Assembly: GCA_001822835.1 (NCBI GenBank)
Contig: MHSS01000002.1
Location: forward strand, 1,060 to 65,059
Source of the DNA: Candidatus Terrybacteria bacterium RIFCSPHIGHO2_01_FULL_48_17
Lineage (GTDB): Bacteria; Patescibacteriota; Minisyncoccia; Terrybacterales; 2-01-FULL-58-14
Direction of reading: 5' to 3'
Length of the DNA: 64,000 bases
Shown here: in pieces, positions 47,166 through 57,200 of the stretch
How the letters are laid out: each line of letters begins with the position of its first letter
How positions within the stretch are numbered: position 1 is the first letter of the stretch
Program-made: the position numbers and the translations under genes
Notes under the pieces: generated by a model
Told to the model about the DNA's origin: nothing
What the model saw: only the letters and a program-made list of their open reading frames with translations
Databases searched by the model: none

Positions 47166-47432
47166 CCCAGCCGCGCAGGAAGGGGTCGGGAAACGGGAGT
47201 TTCTCGTGTTGGAAACCAGCGAGCGGGGCGAGCGCAAGAAACGAGGGTTTCTTGGGAGCGAGTAGGGCGAGCGGCAGAGGGTGGGTGAGCGAAGCGAAAA
47301 AAAGACGTCATTAATGCGTGGCCGTTAGAGAAAATGCAAACGATGCTCAAAAACCGTAACACTACGAAGTACCAATAACTTACGAATATACAAATTCCTA
47401 TATTCGTATTGATTCGTATTTCGTAGTATTGC

Positions 47433-47924
47433 ATGCCTTTAGAAAAATCCGCTGGAGCAGTAATTTTTACGCTCCATAAACCAAAATATCCTGACGGGCG
47501 CGGGCAACATCCGCGCAGAGAGTATTTGCTTTTGCGTTACGAGGCAGGGCATTGGGATTTTCCTAAAGGACATTTAGAAAAAGAAGAGTCGCCGGAAGAG
47601 GCCGCGAAGCGTGAAATCTATGAAGAGACGGGGCTTCGTACGATAACCCTTTTACCGGGCTTCAAAGAACACATCAAGTATTGGCTTTGGCCGTATAACT
47701 TTGGGCCGCGTCGGCATGCAACGAAACAAACACAGCGCCATCGAATACTTAAAATCGTGACCTTTTTTGCTGCCCGCGCAAGAAGCCGAGGCGTTAAGCT
47801 TTCATGGGAACATACGGGCTATGCGTGGCTCCCTTTCAAAGATGCCCTAAATCTTGTAACCTATAAGAATGCAAAAGACGTTCTTCAAAAAGCAGAACAA
47901 TTTCTTTCAAAAAAGAGTCCTTAA
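47433..47924 (+). CDS. NUDIX hydrolase (Ap4A hydrolase-like)
   Basis: WDFPKGHLEKEESPEEAAKREIYEETG and LSWEH. Confidence 0.9.
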   Translation: MPLEKSAGAVIFTLHKPKYPDGRGQHPRREYLLLRYEAGHWDFPKGHLEKEESPEEAAKREIYEETGLRTITLLPGFKEHIKYWLWPYNFGPRRHATKQTQRHRILKIVTFFAARARSRGVKLSWEHTGYAWLPFKDALNLVTYKNAKDVLQKAEQFLSKKSP

Positions 47925-48150
47925 GATTGTGCAGGCCATTCCCTCTGGCACTACCTTAAGCTATAGCGAGGTTGCCCGGAAAGCCGGCAATGCGAAAGCT
48001 GCGCGGGCGGTTGGTGCTATCATGGCCGCAAATCACAATCCGCAAGTTCCATGCCACAGAGTTATCAGGGCAGATGGATCTTTGGGCGGCTACAACCGCG
48101 GCAAGACCAGAAAACAAAAGCTATTAATATCTGAAGGGATTGAACCTTAA
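47869..48150 (+). CDS. MGMT family alkyl-DNA repair protein
   Basis: ARAVG and PCHRV motifs. Confidence 0.9.
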   Translation: MQKTFFKKQNNFFQKRVLKIVQAIPSGTTLSYSEVARKAGNAKAARAVGAIMAANHNPQVPCHRVIRADGSLGGYNRGKTRKQKLLISEGIEP

Positions 48151-48201
48151 TTTTTTGTTTATAATTTCTTATTTTTTTATTCTTACTTCTTAGTTTGAAA
48201 T

Positions 48202-49452
48202 ATGCTACCTCGCGTTGAGCCATCAAAGCGTACTATTGCCGAATACGAGCCGATTGCGCCGACAGAACTTATTGCCGAGATAAAAAAACTTGCCGCTCCG
48301 TTACGTGGATTGCGTGTCATCCATCTCAATGCGACTCCGAAGGGCGGGGGGGTTGCCGAGATGTTGCAAACCCTGGTATCACTCCAAAACGACGTTGGCT
48401 TAAAGGCGGAATGGTATGTAATTCCGCCGAACCCCGACTTTTTCGTGGTTACCAAAAAAATACACAACACTTTTCAAGGGAAAAAGCACTCGCTTACGAA
48501 TCAAGAAAAGCAGTTGTATATTGAACACAACAAAAAAATTGCGGAATTGATGGATGATATCCGGGCAGATGTATGGGTGGTGCACGACCCCCAACCCATG
48601 GCAGCCATTGAGTATTTGCGCACGCGTCCGGCAATGGTAAGCCGCATTCATATTGATACATCAACCCCGCATGGTCCCACGCTTTCGTTTCTTGAGCGTT
48701 ACATGAAGCAATATGATCGCGTGGTATTCAGCTTACCCGAATTTGTGCCCAAGGATTTTGACCTAAAGCGTGTGGTTATTTTTAATCCTGCAATTGACCC
48801 GTTAAGTCCGAAGAATAAAGCCCTTCCTCCGCGCGCGGCTGATACTATTTTGGAAGGATTTGGCATTAACATTTTAAATCCTTTAGCGGTGCAGGTATCC
48901 CGTTTTGACCCTTGGAAAGACCCCATGGGCGTTATTGACGCATACTATCTTGCAAAAAACAAAATCCCCGATTTGCAATTGATGCTTGTAGGACTTGCGC
49001 TTGCACAAGATGATCCGGAAGCGGATAAAATTTTTAAAAAAGTGCAGAAACATGCGAAAGGGGATCCGGATATCTTCCTTTTTTCTGATATTGCGCAAAT
49101 TGGTCCTATGTCTAACGATTTGTTTGTAAATGCGGTGCAGGTTGGCGCTGATGTGGTGATTCAAAAGTCAACGCGCGAAGGGTTTGGGCTGGTTGTCACG
49201 GAAGCAATGTGGAAGGGAAGGCCCGTGATTGGCGGGAATGTGGGCGGCATTCGAGTACAGATTGAACACGGAAAATCTGGTTTTTTGGTCAATTCCTCCG
49301 GGGAGGCGGCAGGACATATGGTTGAGTTGTTGGAAAATAGGATCTTGCGAAGGAAAATGGGAAGAGCAGCAAAAGAGCGCGCGCGCAAACATTTTTTGCT
49401 GCCGCGTCTTTTGCGTGACTATTTGAAGATGCTTACAGAATTGAAGGGTTAA
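48202..49452 (+). CDS. GT4 glycosyltransferase, TreT (trehalose synthase)-like
   Basis: GGGVAEML, HDPQP, QVSRFDPWKDP and REGFGLVVTEAMWK. Confidence 0.88.
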   Translation: MLPRVEPSKRTIAEYEPIAPTELIAEIKKLAAPLRGLRVIHLNATPKGGGVAEMLQTLVSLQNDVGLKAEWYVIPPNPDFFVVTKKIHNTFQGKKHSLTNQEKQLYIEHNKKIAELMDDIRADVWVVHDPQPMAAIEYLRTRPAMVSRIHIDTSTPHGPTLSFLERYMKQYDRVVFSLPEFVPKDFDLKRVVIFNPAIDPLSPKNKALPPRAADTILEGFGINILNPLAVQVSRFDPWKDPMGVIDAYYLAKNKIPDLQLMLVGLALAQDDPEADKIFKKVQKHAKGDPDIFLFSDIAQIGPMSNDLFVNAVQVGADVVIQKSTREGFGLVVTEAMWKGRPVIGGNVGGIRVQIEHGKSGFLVNSSGEAAGHMVELLENRILRRKMGRAAKERARKHFLLPRLLRDYLKMLTELKG

Positions 49453-49532
49453 CATGATAAGACAATATTATAACAACAATCCGCGCCAACGGCGCGGATT
49501 GTTGTGTTCGGAGATCGGGATATGTCAGGAGG

Positions 49533-49880
49533 TTAGGATTGGATTATTTCAACTATTTTTTTGAACACTTCTGGTTCTTGTGCAGCAAGCTCCGCCAAGA
49601 TTTTACGGTCAAGTTGGATATTGGCTTTTTTCAATCCTGCCATAAATTTACTATACGAAAGGCCATGCGCGCGGCTAGCGGCGCCAATTCGTATTTGCCA
49701 CAACGCTCGCTTCTCTCGTTTCAGGCGTCTGCGGTCGCGGTATTGGTATTGCCACGCCTTCATGAGCGCCTGCTTTGCGGCCTTATATGTTGATTTCCTA
49801 CGCCATTGGTATCCTTTGGCTTTTTTTAGAAGGCGTTCCCGTTTTTTATGTTTTATAGTTCCTCGTTTGACTCGGCTCAT
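49533..49880 (-). CDS. rplT: 50S ribosomal protein L20
   Basis: MSRVKRG...YRDRR...LDRKILAELA. Confidence 0.97.
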   Translation of the reverse strand: MSRVKRGTIKHKKRERLLKKAKGYQWRRKSTYKAAKQALMKAWQYQYRDRRRLKREKRALWQIRIGAASRAHGLSYSKFMAGLKKANIQLDRKILAELAAQEPEVFKKIVEIIQS

Positions 49881-49949
49881 ACTAAGGGTACAGGAAACGG
49901 GGGGCAGGGGACAGTTTTTGGCTGAACCCTGAACTCCGAACCCTGATGA

Positions 49950-50144
49950 CTAGCGGTAAAGGTATCTTATTATCGCTTTTTTGTCGGCTTTGGAAAGTTT
50001 TATCGTTTGGCGCAGTTGTCGGCGCTTACCCCCACTTTTTTTTGCGCGAAAGTGATCTTGCCCCGCGCGTTTGCGCAAAATGATGCCGCGCTTCGTTATC
50101 TTGAAACGCGCCTTTACGGATTTGTTGGTTTTTCGTTTCGGCAT
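49950..50144 (-). CDS. rpmI: 50S ribosomal protein L35
   Basis: MPKRKTNKSVKARFKIT; lies between infC and rplT. Confidence 0.93.
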   Translation of the reverse strand: MPKRKTNKSVKARFKITKRGIILRKRAGQDHFRAKKSGGKRRQLRQTIKLSKADKKAIIRYLYR

Positions 50145-50214
50145 GCTCGGATACTACGAAGTACAAATTTTACGAATATACGGATTACGACCGTAAGCGA
50201 TTCGTATATTCGTA

Positions 50215-50871
50215 CTAATTCGTATTTGTAGTGTTGTTTGTATCTTGTGTCTTAGTATTTGTATCTTGTTTGCTCTCTTGCGTATCGTTGCTTATATCGT
50301 TGGATGGCTTTTGCGTTTGTTTCTTCCCTTTCACAATTATCGTCTCCATCCCTTTGCCGCCGCGAGCCGGTTCTTGCTCCATGCGCCAGGGAGTGATCAA
50401 AAGGTCTAAAAATTCTGTAATTCGTTCCTTCCCAAAATCTTTGTGGGCTTTTTCGCGTCCGTACATGGCCAGTTCAAGCCGGACTTTATGGCCTTCTTTT
50501 AAAAACCCGTCCGCTTGTCGTGCGCGAAAGGCGAGGTCGTGGGTAGAGGCGCGCATGGTGATACGAACACCTTTTGTTTCGCTTTGTCGGTGTTTTCCTT
50601 CTTTCCGTTCCAGGCGCGTCTTCTTTGCCTGCTCATATTGCCATTTGCCAAGATTTGCAATGTGGCATACCGGCGGGCGGGCATCGGGCGCCACTTCAAT
50701 AAGATCAAGGCCTTGCTCATGGGCGCGTGTGAGTGCTTGGGTGGTCGAAATTACTCCCAAATTCGTGCCATCCGAATCGATGACTCGAACCTCGGCGATT
50801 CGTATTTGATTGTTGACGCGCGGGCCGTATTTTCGTGGCTGCGGCCGGCGCCTAAAGCGTGATCGTCTCAA
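50215..50871 (-). CDS. infC: translation initiation factor IF-3
   Basis: NNQIRIAEVRVI, LDLIEVAPDARPPVC and FLKEGHKV; non-ATG (TTG) start. Confidence 0.95.
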   Translation of the reverse strand: MRRSRFRRRPQPRKYGPRVNNQIRIAEVRVIDSDGTNLGVISTTQALTRAHEQGLDLIEVAPDARPPVCHIANLGKWQYEQAKKTRLERKEGKHRQSETKGVRITMRASTHDLAFRARQADGFLKEGHKVRLELAMYGREKAHKDFGKERITEFLDLLITPWRMEQEPARGGKGMETIIVKGKKQTQKPSNDISNDTQESKQDTNTKTQDTNNTTNTN

Positions 50872-50951
50872 AAATTAGGGAACAGGGTTCAGGGAATAGG
50901 GAACAGGCAAAACCTGATACCCGATTTCTGATACCTGATAGCAAATTTATG

Positions 50952-51321
50952 TGGAGATGGTGGGAGTTGAACCCACGTCAAAAGAATGCGCCGGGGCCTG
51001 TGTACGAGCGTAGTCCATCTTGTGTTTCTTTGGCAATTACGGTAGGAGACGGACAGAATCTATAATTGCCGCAGCTCAAATATTTCGCGCAAGCAATTGG
51101 GTAGGTGCTTGGCTAGCTCGATTATAACACCCTAAACCCCCTATCGAGCATCGGGGCAGGATGGCCTACATGCCAATTAGGCGTAGGCGTATGAGGGGCG
51201 CAAAGACCCCTTTGTCAATAAGTTTGCACTTATTTGGTTGGCTACAAAGATTAACGAGGAAGGCAGCCATCCTCGGCTCGCAAGCAACCCTTTGTATTCC
51301 TTTTCAAGGCCCGGCATCCCC
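50952..51321 (-). ncRNA. ssrA: tmRNA; tag reading frame ANLLTKGSLRPSYAYA* at 51177-51227
   Basis: 5' GGGGATG pairs with 3' CATCTCC-A (G3:U), T-arm GTGGGTTCAACTCCCAC, resume GCA after ATAAGT; directly downstream of smpB. Confidence 0.92.
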
Positions 51322-51385
51322 GCGAATTTTTCCCGCGAACTTAAGAGCGGCTGAAAAATTCAGCGCCCTGAGCCGCGGCGAAGGA

Positions 51386-51826
51386 CTACATTTTCAAATG
51401 CCGTTTTATTTCCCTCTCGGATTCTCTTTTCTTGATAACCTCTCGCTTATCCATTTTCTTTCGGTGTTTTGCAATTCCAATTTCAACCTTGATTTTACCC
51501 CGCACACTATACAGGCGCAAGGGTATGGCAGTCAAGTGCCTCTGGGCAAGTTTTCCGACAAGCCACGAGAGCTCTTTTTTCTGCACGAGTACTTTGCGCG
51601 ACCGCGTGTCGTTATAGTCGGGAGGGGCGTTTTTTGGCTGCCACGCAGGAATCGTGGCGTTGGTCAAAAACGCTTCTCCTGCTTTTAGGGTAACAAATGC
51701 TCCGGCAAGCGAGGCGCGTCCTGCGCGAATGCTTTTTACTTCCTGGCCAGAGAGCACCAAACCGCCTTGCAGTGTTTCAAGGATTTCGTAGTCAAAGCGT
51801 GCGCGTTTGTTGTCAGCAAAACTCAT
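51386..51826 (-). CDS. smpB: SsrA-binding protein
   Basis: NKRARFDYEILE, GLVLSGQEVKSIR and DKREVIK. Confidence 0.96.
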   Translation of the reverse strand: MSFADNKRARFDYEILETLQGGLVLSGQEVKSIRAGRASLAGAFVTLKAGEAFLTNATIPAWQPKNAPPDYNDTRSRKVLVQKKELSWLVGKLAQRHLTAIPLRLYSVRGKIKVEIGIAKHRKKMDKREVIKKRESEREIKRHLKM

Positions 51827-51843
51827 AGAAGCGGATCTGCGCG

Positions 51844-51863
51844 CCTGCCTGCCGGCAGGCAGG
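51844..51863. repeat. short palindrome CCTGCCTGCCGGCAGGCAGG (REP-like)
   Basis: Perfect 20-nt palindrome upstream of smpB. Confidence 0.8.
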
Positions 51864-51993
51864 GACATCAACACTGATCTGCGCCGATGTTTTCAGCGTA
51901 GCACGACGGTTGTAAAAACAAGAATCGTATGCTAGAAAGGTTTTGCCTGCGCCACAGGTAGTTCCTATCAAACAAACAAAAAGGAGGAACGAG

Positions 51994-52449
51994 ATGTCTA
52001 AACACCGGGCGGAAAAAGAGATTTCGCGACCACCGGCGTCGCAACCTTTGCGGTCACCGAGTGTGGGTTCCGGCGAAACCGAGCGTGGCGGAAAAGTAGA
52101 TGCGTGTATGGATAACGTGACCGCAAGAGGTTTTGCTGCAAAGATGGCACGGCAAATCGGCGACGAGGAGTGGCGGAAGGGCAATACGAAGTATGCGTTT
52201 GAAGCATGGGAGGCATCCGATATTACTCCTGCCGAGCTTTACGAGATAGCGGAGAGACTCGCAAAATCCCTGGAACTTTTTACAGCGGCAGAGCGCGGAT
52301 ACCGCGCAACCGCGGCAAAGGTTCTTGGTTGGGAGGAATCGCGGCTTTTAAATGATTACATCGCGAAGGATCGACGAGTATACACGTCTAATTTTTTCCG
52401 TCAGGCCATTGTGGCATGCCTGAAACTTATCAAGCGGATGGCAGCATAG
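51994..52449 (+). CDS. hypothetical protein
   Basis: AAGGAGG SD; 151 aa. Confidence 0.6.
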   Translation: MSKHRAEKEISRPPASQPLRSPSVGSGETERGGKVDACMDNVTARGFAAKMARQIGDEEWRKGNTKYAFEAWEASDITPAELYEIAERLAKSLELFTAAERGYRATAAKVLGWEESRLLNDYIAKDRRVYTSNFFRQAIVACLKLIKRMAA

Positions 52450-52574
52450 CTCAATAAAACACGTTCCCCAATGGCGCAGGTCTCGTCATCAAACTATGGC
52501 GGGCAGGGGATGAGATACAAAAGAATACGCAAACCAGCGCGGAAGCGCTGGTTTTCTTATGCTATGGTAAAGAT

Positions 52575-54260
52575 ATGCTGCGCTCTTTTGTTGAAGGCCC
52601 AGGCGGGCTTTTGGAACAAGCGCTCGCCCGGGCGTTTAAAAAACTGAAGCTCCCATTAGGGGGGGCGATTTTTGAGCGTCCGGAAAACCCAAAACATGGC
52701 GATTATGCAACGAGTGCTGCTTTGCGGCTTGCGAAGAAGGAAAAACGTCCGCAAATGGAGATTGCAAAAGGGCTTACGGATGAATTATTGCGTGATGCCC
52801 GTATTGCGCAGATGATTCAAAAAGCCGAAACAATACCTCCTGGTTTTATCAATATATTTCTGTCTCCTAAGTGGCTTCAGGCACAAATTCCCGGCATTAT
52901 CTCGTCCGGAGAAAACTACGGGAAAACCTTGCACTCGTCTTTTAGCGATAAACATTCCAAGGTGCAGGTTGAGTTTATTTCGGCAAACCCGACGGGTCCC
53001 TTGACGCTCGCCAACGGAAGAGGAGGATTTTTGGGAGATGTGCTTGCAAATATCCTTGAAGCCGCAGGCAATAATGTTACGCGCGAATATTATGTGAACG
53101 ATGCGGGGGAACAGGTGCGAAAGCTTGGCTGGTCCATCCTTGCGGCAAAGGGATACAAGACACCCTACCAAGCAGAGGAGCTTTATCAAGGCAGTTATAT
53201 TCGTGAGTTGGCGGAGAAGATAATGTCGCAAGAAATCCAAAATCCAAAATCCAAAATCCAAAACAAACCTCAAATCCAAACTTCGAAACTCGCGGAATAC
53301 GCGGCGAGGGAAGGGTCTAAGCTCTTGCTTAAAGACATCAAGCGCGTGGTGCGAAAGGCCGGGATTAGATTCGACGTATGGTTTTCGGAAAAAAGTTTAC
53401 ATCGCCAACGAATTGTCGACGAAGTGCTGAAGATAGTGAAACGAAAACGGCTCGTTGAAGAAAGAGAGGGCGCATTGTGGTTGCGCGCGCAAGAGCTTGG
53501 CGAATCCAAAGACAAGGTGCTGGTGAAGTCATCGGGCGACCCCACCTACCTTTTACCTGACCTTGCTTATCATTGGGAGAAGTTTATGCGTCGCAGATTT
53601 TCCAGCGTTATCGATATTGTGGGTGCAGACCATCATGGTCACATGCGGGCGTTGAGCGTAGGACTTAAAGTGCTTGGTCTGAAACAGCCATCCGTTATTT
53701 TGGTGCAATTTGTGCGACTTGTAGAAAATGGACAGGAAGTCAAGATGTCCAAGCGCGCAGGGACGTTTGTGACACTCGAGGAATTGCTCAATTCGGTTGG
53801 AAAGGATGTTGCGCGCTTTTTCTTTCTGCAGTCGTCGCCGACAAGCCACATGGACTTTGATCTTGCGCTTGCGCGCGAGCAATCGCAGAAAAACCCAGTG
53901 TATTATACGCAATATGCTCACGCGAGAATCGCAAGCATGTTGCGTAAATCCAAAATCCCAAATCCTAAATTCAAAACCGATTATACGCTGCTGCAGCATC
54001 CAAGCGAGATCGTTTTAATGAAACAAATCGTGCAGCTTCCTGATCTTGTGGGGCGTATTGCAAAAAACCATGAAGTGCATCATTTGACGACCTATAGCCG
54101 GGAACTTGCAACTGCTTTTCATGCATTTTACCGCGACTGCCGCGTCATCTCGGAAAACAAAGGAACAACCGCAGCGCGCCTTGCACTATGCCGTGCCACG
54201 CAAATAACACTTGCCAACACCCTTCGTTTTATGGGCATTCGGGCGCCGGAAAAAATGTAG
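52575..54260 (+). CDS. argS: arginine--tRNA ligase
   Basis: HGDYA, EFISANPTGPL, GADHHG, MSKRAG and YYTQYAHAR. Confidence 0.96.
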   Translation: MLRSFVEGPGGLLEQALARAFKKLKLPLGGAIFERPENPKHGDYATSAALRLAKKEKRPQMEIAKGLTDELLRDARIAQMIQKAETIPPGFINIFLSPKWLQAQIPGIISSGENYGKTLHSSFSDKHSKVQVEFISANPTGPLTLANGRGGFLGDVLANILEAAGNNVTREYYVNDAGEQVRKLGWSILAAKGYKTPYQAEELYQGSYIRELAEKIMSQEIQNPKSKIQNKPQIQTSKLAEYAAREGSKLLLKDIKRVVRKAGIRFDVWFSEKSLHRQRIVDEVLKIVKRKRLVEEREGALWLRAQELGESKDKVLVKSSGDPTYLLPDLAYHWEKFMRRRFSSVIDIVGADHHGHMRALSVGLKVLGLKQPSVILVQFVRLVENGQEVKMSKRAGTFVTLEELLNSVGKDVARFFFLQSSPTSHMDFDLALAREQSQKNPVYYTQYAHARIASMLRKSKIPNPKFKTDYTLLQHPSEIVLMKQIVQLPDLVGRIAKNHEVHHLTTYSRELATAFHAFYRDCRVISENKGTTAARLALCRATQITLANTLRFMGIRAPEKM

Positions 54261-54283
54261 TAGCATTATTTTAAGTAAAGGCT

Positions 54284-57200
54284 ATGGATTTTTCGAAAAG
54301 CGAAGAAAAAATACTTAAAAGTTGGGAAAAGGGGAAAACCTTTAATGCTTCCCTTAAGGCAAGGGCCAAAGCTCCGCGTTTTATATTTTTTGAAGGACCG
54401 CCAACTGCCAATGGACGGCCGGGTATTCACCATTTATTGGGGCGCGCTTTCAAGGATGTTGTGTGCCGGTATAAAACTATGCGGGGCTTTTTGGTTGAAC
54501 GTCGGGCAGGATGGGATACGCATGGCCTTCCCGTTGAATTGGAAGTGGAAAGAGAGCTTGGGCTGAAGGCCAAGCAGGATATCGAGCAATATGGCATCGC
54601 CCGTTTTAATGCCCGCTGCAAAAAAAGCGTTTGGAAATATAAAGATGAATGGGAGAAATTTACCAGGCGTATCGGTTTCTGGATTGATCTTAATGACCCG
54701 TATATCACCTATACCAATGGCTATATTGAAACGCTTTGGTGGATCATCAAAAATATCTACGACCAAGGACTTTTGTATGAGGATTTTAAAGTAGTGCCAT
54801 GGTGTCCGCGGTGCGGATCGACGTTATCTTCTCACGAAGTGGCGTTGGGATATGAGTCGGTTTCCGAAAATTCCTTGTACGTAAAATTTAAAGTAAAAGG
54901 CGAAGCAAATACGTATATTTTGGGATGGACCACAACCCCTTGGACTTTGCCGGGTAATGTTGCGTTGGCAGTGGGCAGCGACACCGATTATGTAAAAGTA
55001 GAATTTTCGGGCATGGATGGGATTTATATTCTTGCAAAAGATAGCGTTGGACGGATAAGCCGTGCCCTGCAGCTAACTGGTGAGGTTTCTGGATCGGTAC
55101 TAAAAGGGCATGAGCTTGTCGGTTTTGCATATGAGCCGCTGTTTGATATTCCCGAAACACAAAACGAAAAAAGCCATAAAGTGTACGCAGCTGATTTTGT
55201 AAATACCGACGAGGGAACAGGTATTGTGCATACCGCCGCGATGTACGGGGAAGACGACTATCGGCTTGGTGTGCGCGTGGGTTTGCCAAAAGTTCACACC
55301 GTTGATGAGGAAGGAAGATTTCTGCCAAATGTTCCAGCGGGTCTTGCCGGTCGGCAGGTTAAAGCAAAAGATACCGAACAAGACATTCTTGCACATCTTA
55401 TAAAACGCAATCTTTTGTTTAAGGAGGAGCAATATACGCATGACTATCCTTTTTGTTGGCGCTGCAAAAGCGCATTGCTTTATTACGCCAAAAGGTCATG
55501 GTTTATTAAAATGTCGCAGCTGCGCGCGAAACTTATTTCAGAAAACGAACGGGTTAATTGGATACCCGAGCATCTTAAGTCCGGAAGGTTTGGCGAATGG
55601 CTTCGTGAGCTTAAGGATTGGGCGTTTTCGCGCGAACGCTATTGGGGAACCCCCTTACCTATTTGGCGATGCGTGGAATGCGGCGAAACCGAAGCAGTCG
55701 GTTCGCTGAAAGAATTGGGAGCTCGCAGCAAGATGAGGAACCGCTATATTTTATTGCGTCACGCCGAAGCGAAGTCCAATGTCGAAAGCTGGGTGTCATG
55801 TATGCCCGAAAAAAAGAGAAGCCCTCTTACTAAAAAGGGAAGGGCACAGGCGAGACAGGCGGCAGATAGTTTAAAAAAATATAAACCAGACGTAATCGTA
55901 AGTTCGCCGCTTGAGCGCACAAACGAAACTGCGGCAATCGTTGGGAATTTGCTTGATCTGCCCGTGATCATAGAAAGCAGGATTCAGGAATTTAAGCTTG
56001 GCACATTTAATACCCGCCCCGTCGATGAATACCACAAGTTTTTGGGGTATAAGCCCGAGGCCCATTGGGATAAAAAACCGCTTGGAGGTGAAACGTGGAA
56101 AGAATTGCGCAAGCGCATGCTTGTTGCAGTAAAGGATCTTGAGAAGAAATACGAAGGGAAAACGATTGTTTTAGTAAGTCATGGAGATCCGCTTTTTGTT
56201 TTGCAGGGAGCGCTTCTTGGGATAGACGAAAATGATTTTGCGGTTTCGTATCGGCACGCATATCCCAAATATCAATCACAAGCAAAGGGAAGGCGTATAC
56301 CATATCCGGAAACAGGAAAGCCGTTGGTATTGCCAAATTATGCATTGCCGCTTGATGAGTCGGGTCGGCCCGATTTGCACCGTCCTTTTGTGGACGAGCT
56401 TACTTTTTCTTGTAAAAAATGCAAGGGCTTTATGCGACGCGTACCAGAGGTCATTGATGTCTGGTTCGATTCCGGCGCCATGCCGTTCGCTTCGCAGACC
56501 GACGCGGATTTGGCCCGGCAAGTTGCGGGGCAGGCGCGGACAGACGCGGGAAATGTTCAGCGTGGGTCAGCGTCCAGTCAGCGTAAGTCAGCGTTTCTCT
56601 ATCCGGCAGACTTTATTTGTGAGGGCATTGATCAGACGCGCGGATGGTTTTACACCTTACTTGCAGTGGCGACACTGTTGGGCCGAGAACGACCATATAG
56701 AAACGTAATTTCACATGGGCATGTCCTTGATAAAAACGGGAAAAAAATGTCCAAATCCCTGGGTAATATGGTAAGTCCATGGGACATGGTTGAACGATAT
56801 GGCGCCGATGCGGTGCGATGGTATTTTTACACCATTAATCAGCCAAGCGATCCGAAACGTTTTGATGAACAAGACGTGAAACGGGTGCAGCAGCGTTTTA
56901 TTGGAACGCTATACAACCTTCTTGCTTTTTGGCATACCTATTCGCGCACAAAAAAGGGTACAGGGTACAGGGTACAGGGTACGGGGTTGACGGTTTTAGA
57001 CAGGTGGATTCTTTCCCGCATAAACACCGTAATCGAACGGGTTTGCCAGTATATGGATGCATACGACTTGGTTAACGCCGCACGGCTTCTTGATACGTTT
57101 GCGGTTGACGATTTGTCTAACTGGTATGTGCGCCGTTCGCGTGAACGTTTCCAGCACCCCAAGAATCGCAGTGAACGTGTTTATGCCGAGGCGTTATTAA

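Noticed and set aside
50869-50871. Non-ATG start of infC as a novelty
   Set aside because: Non-canonical infC starts are an established autoregulatory feature.
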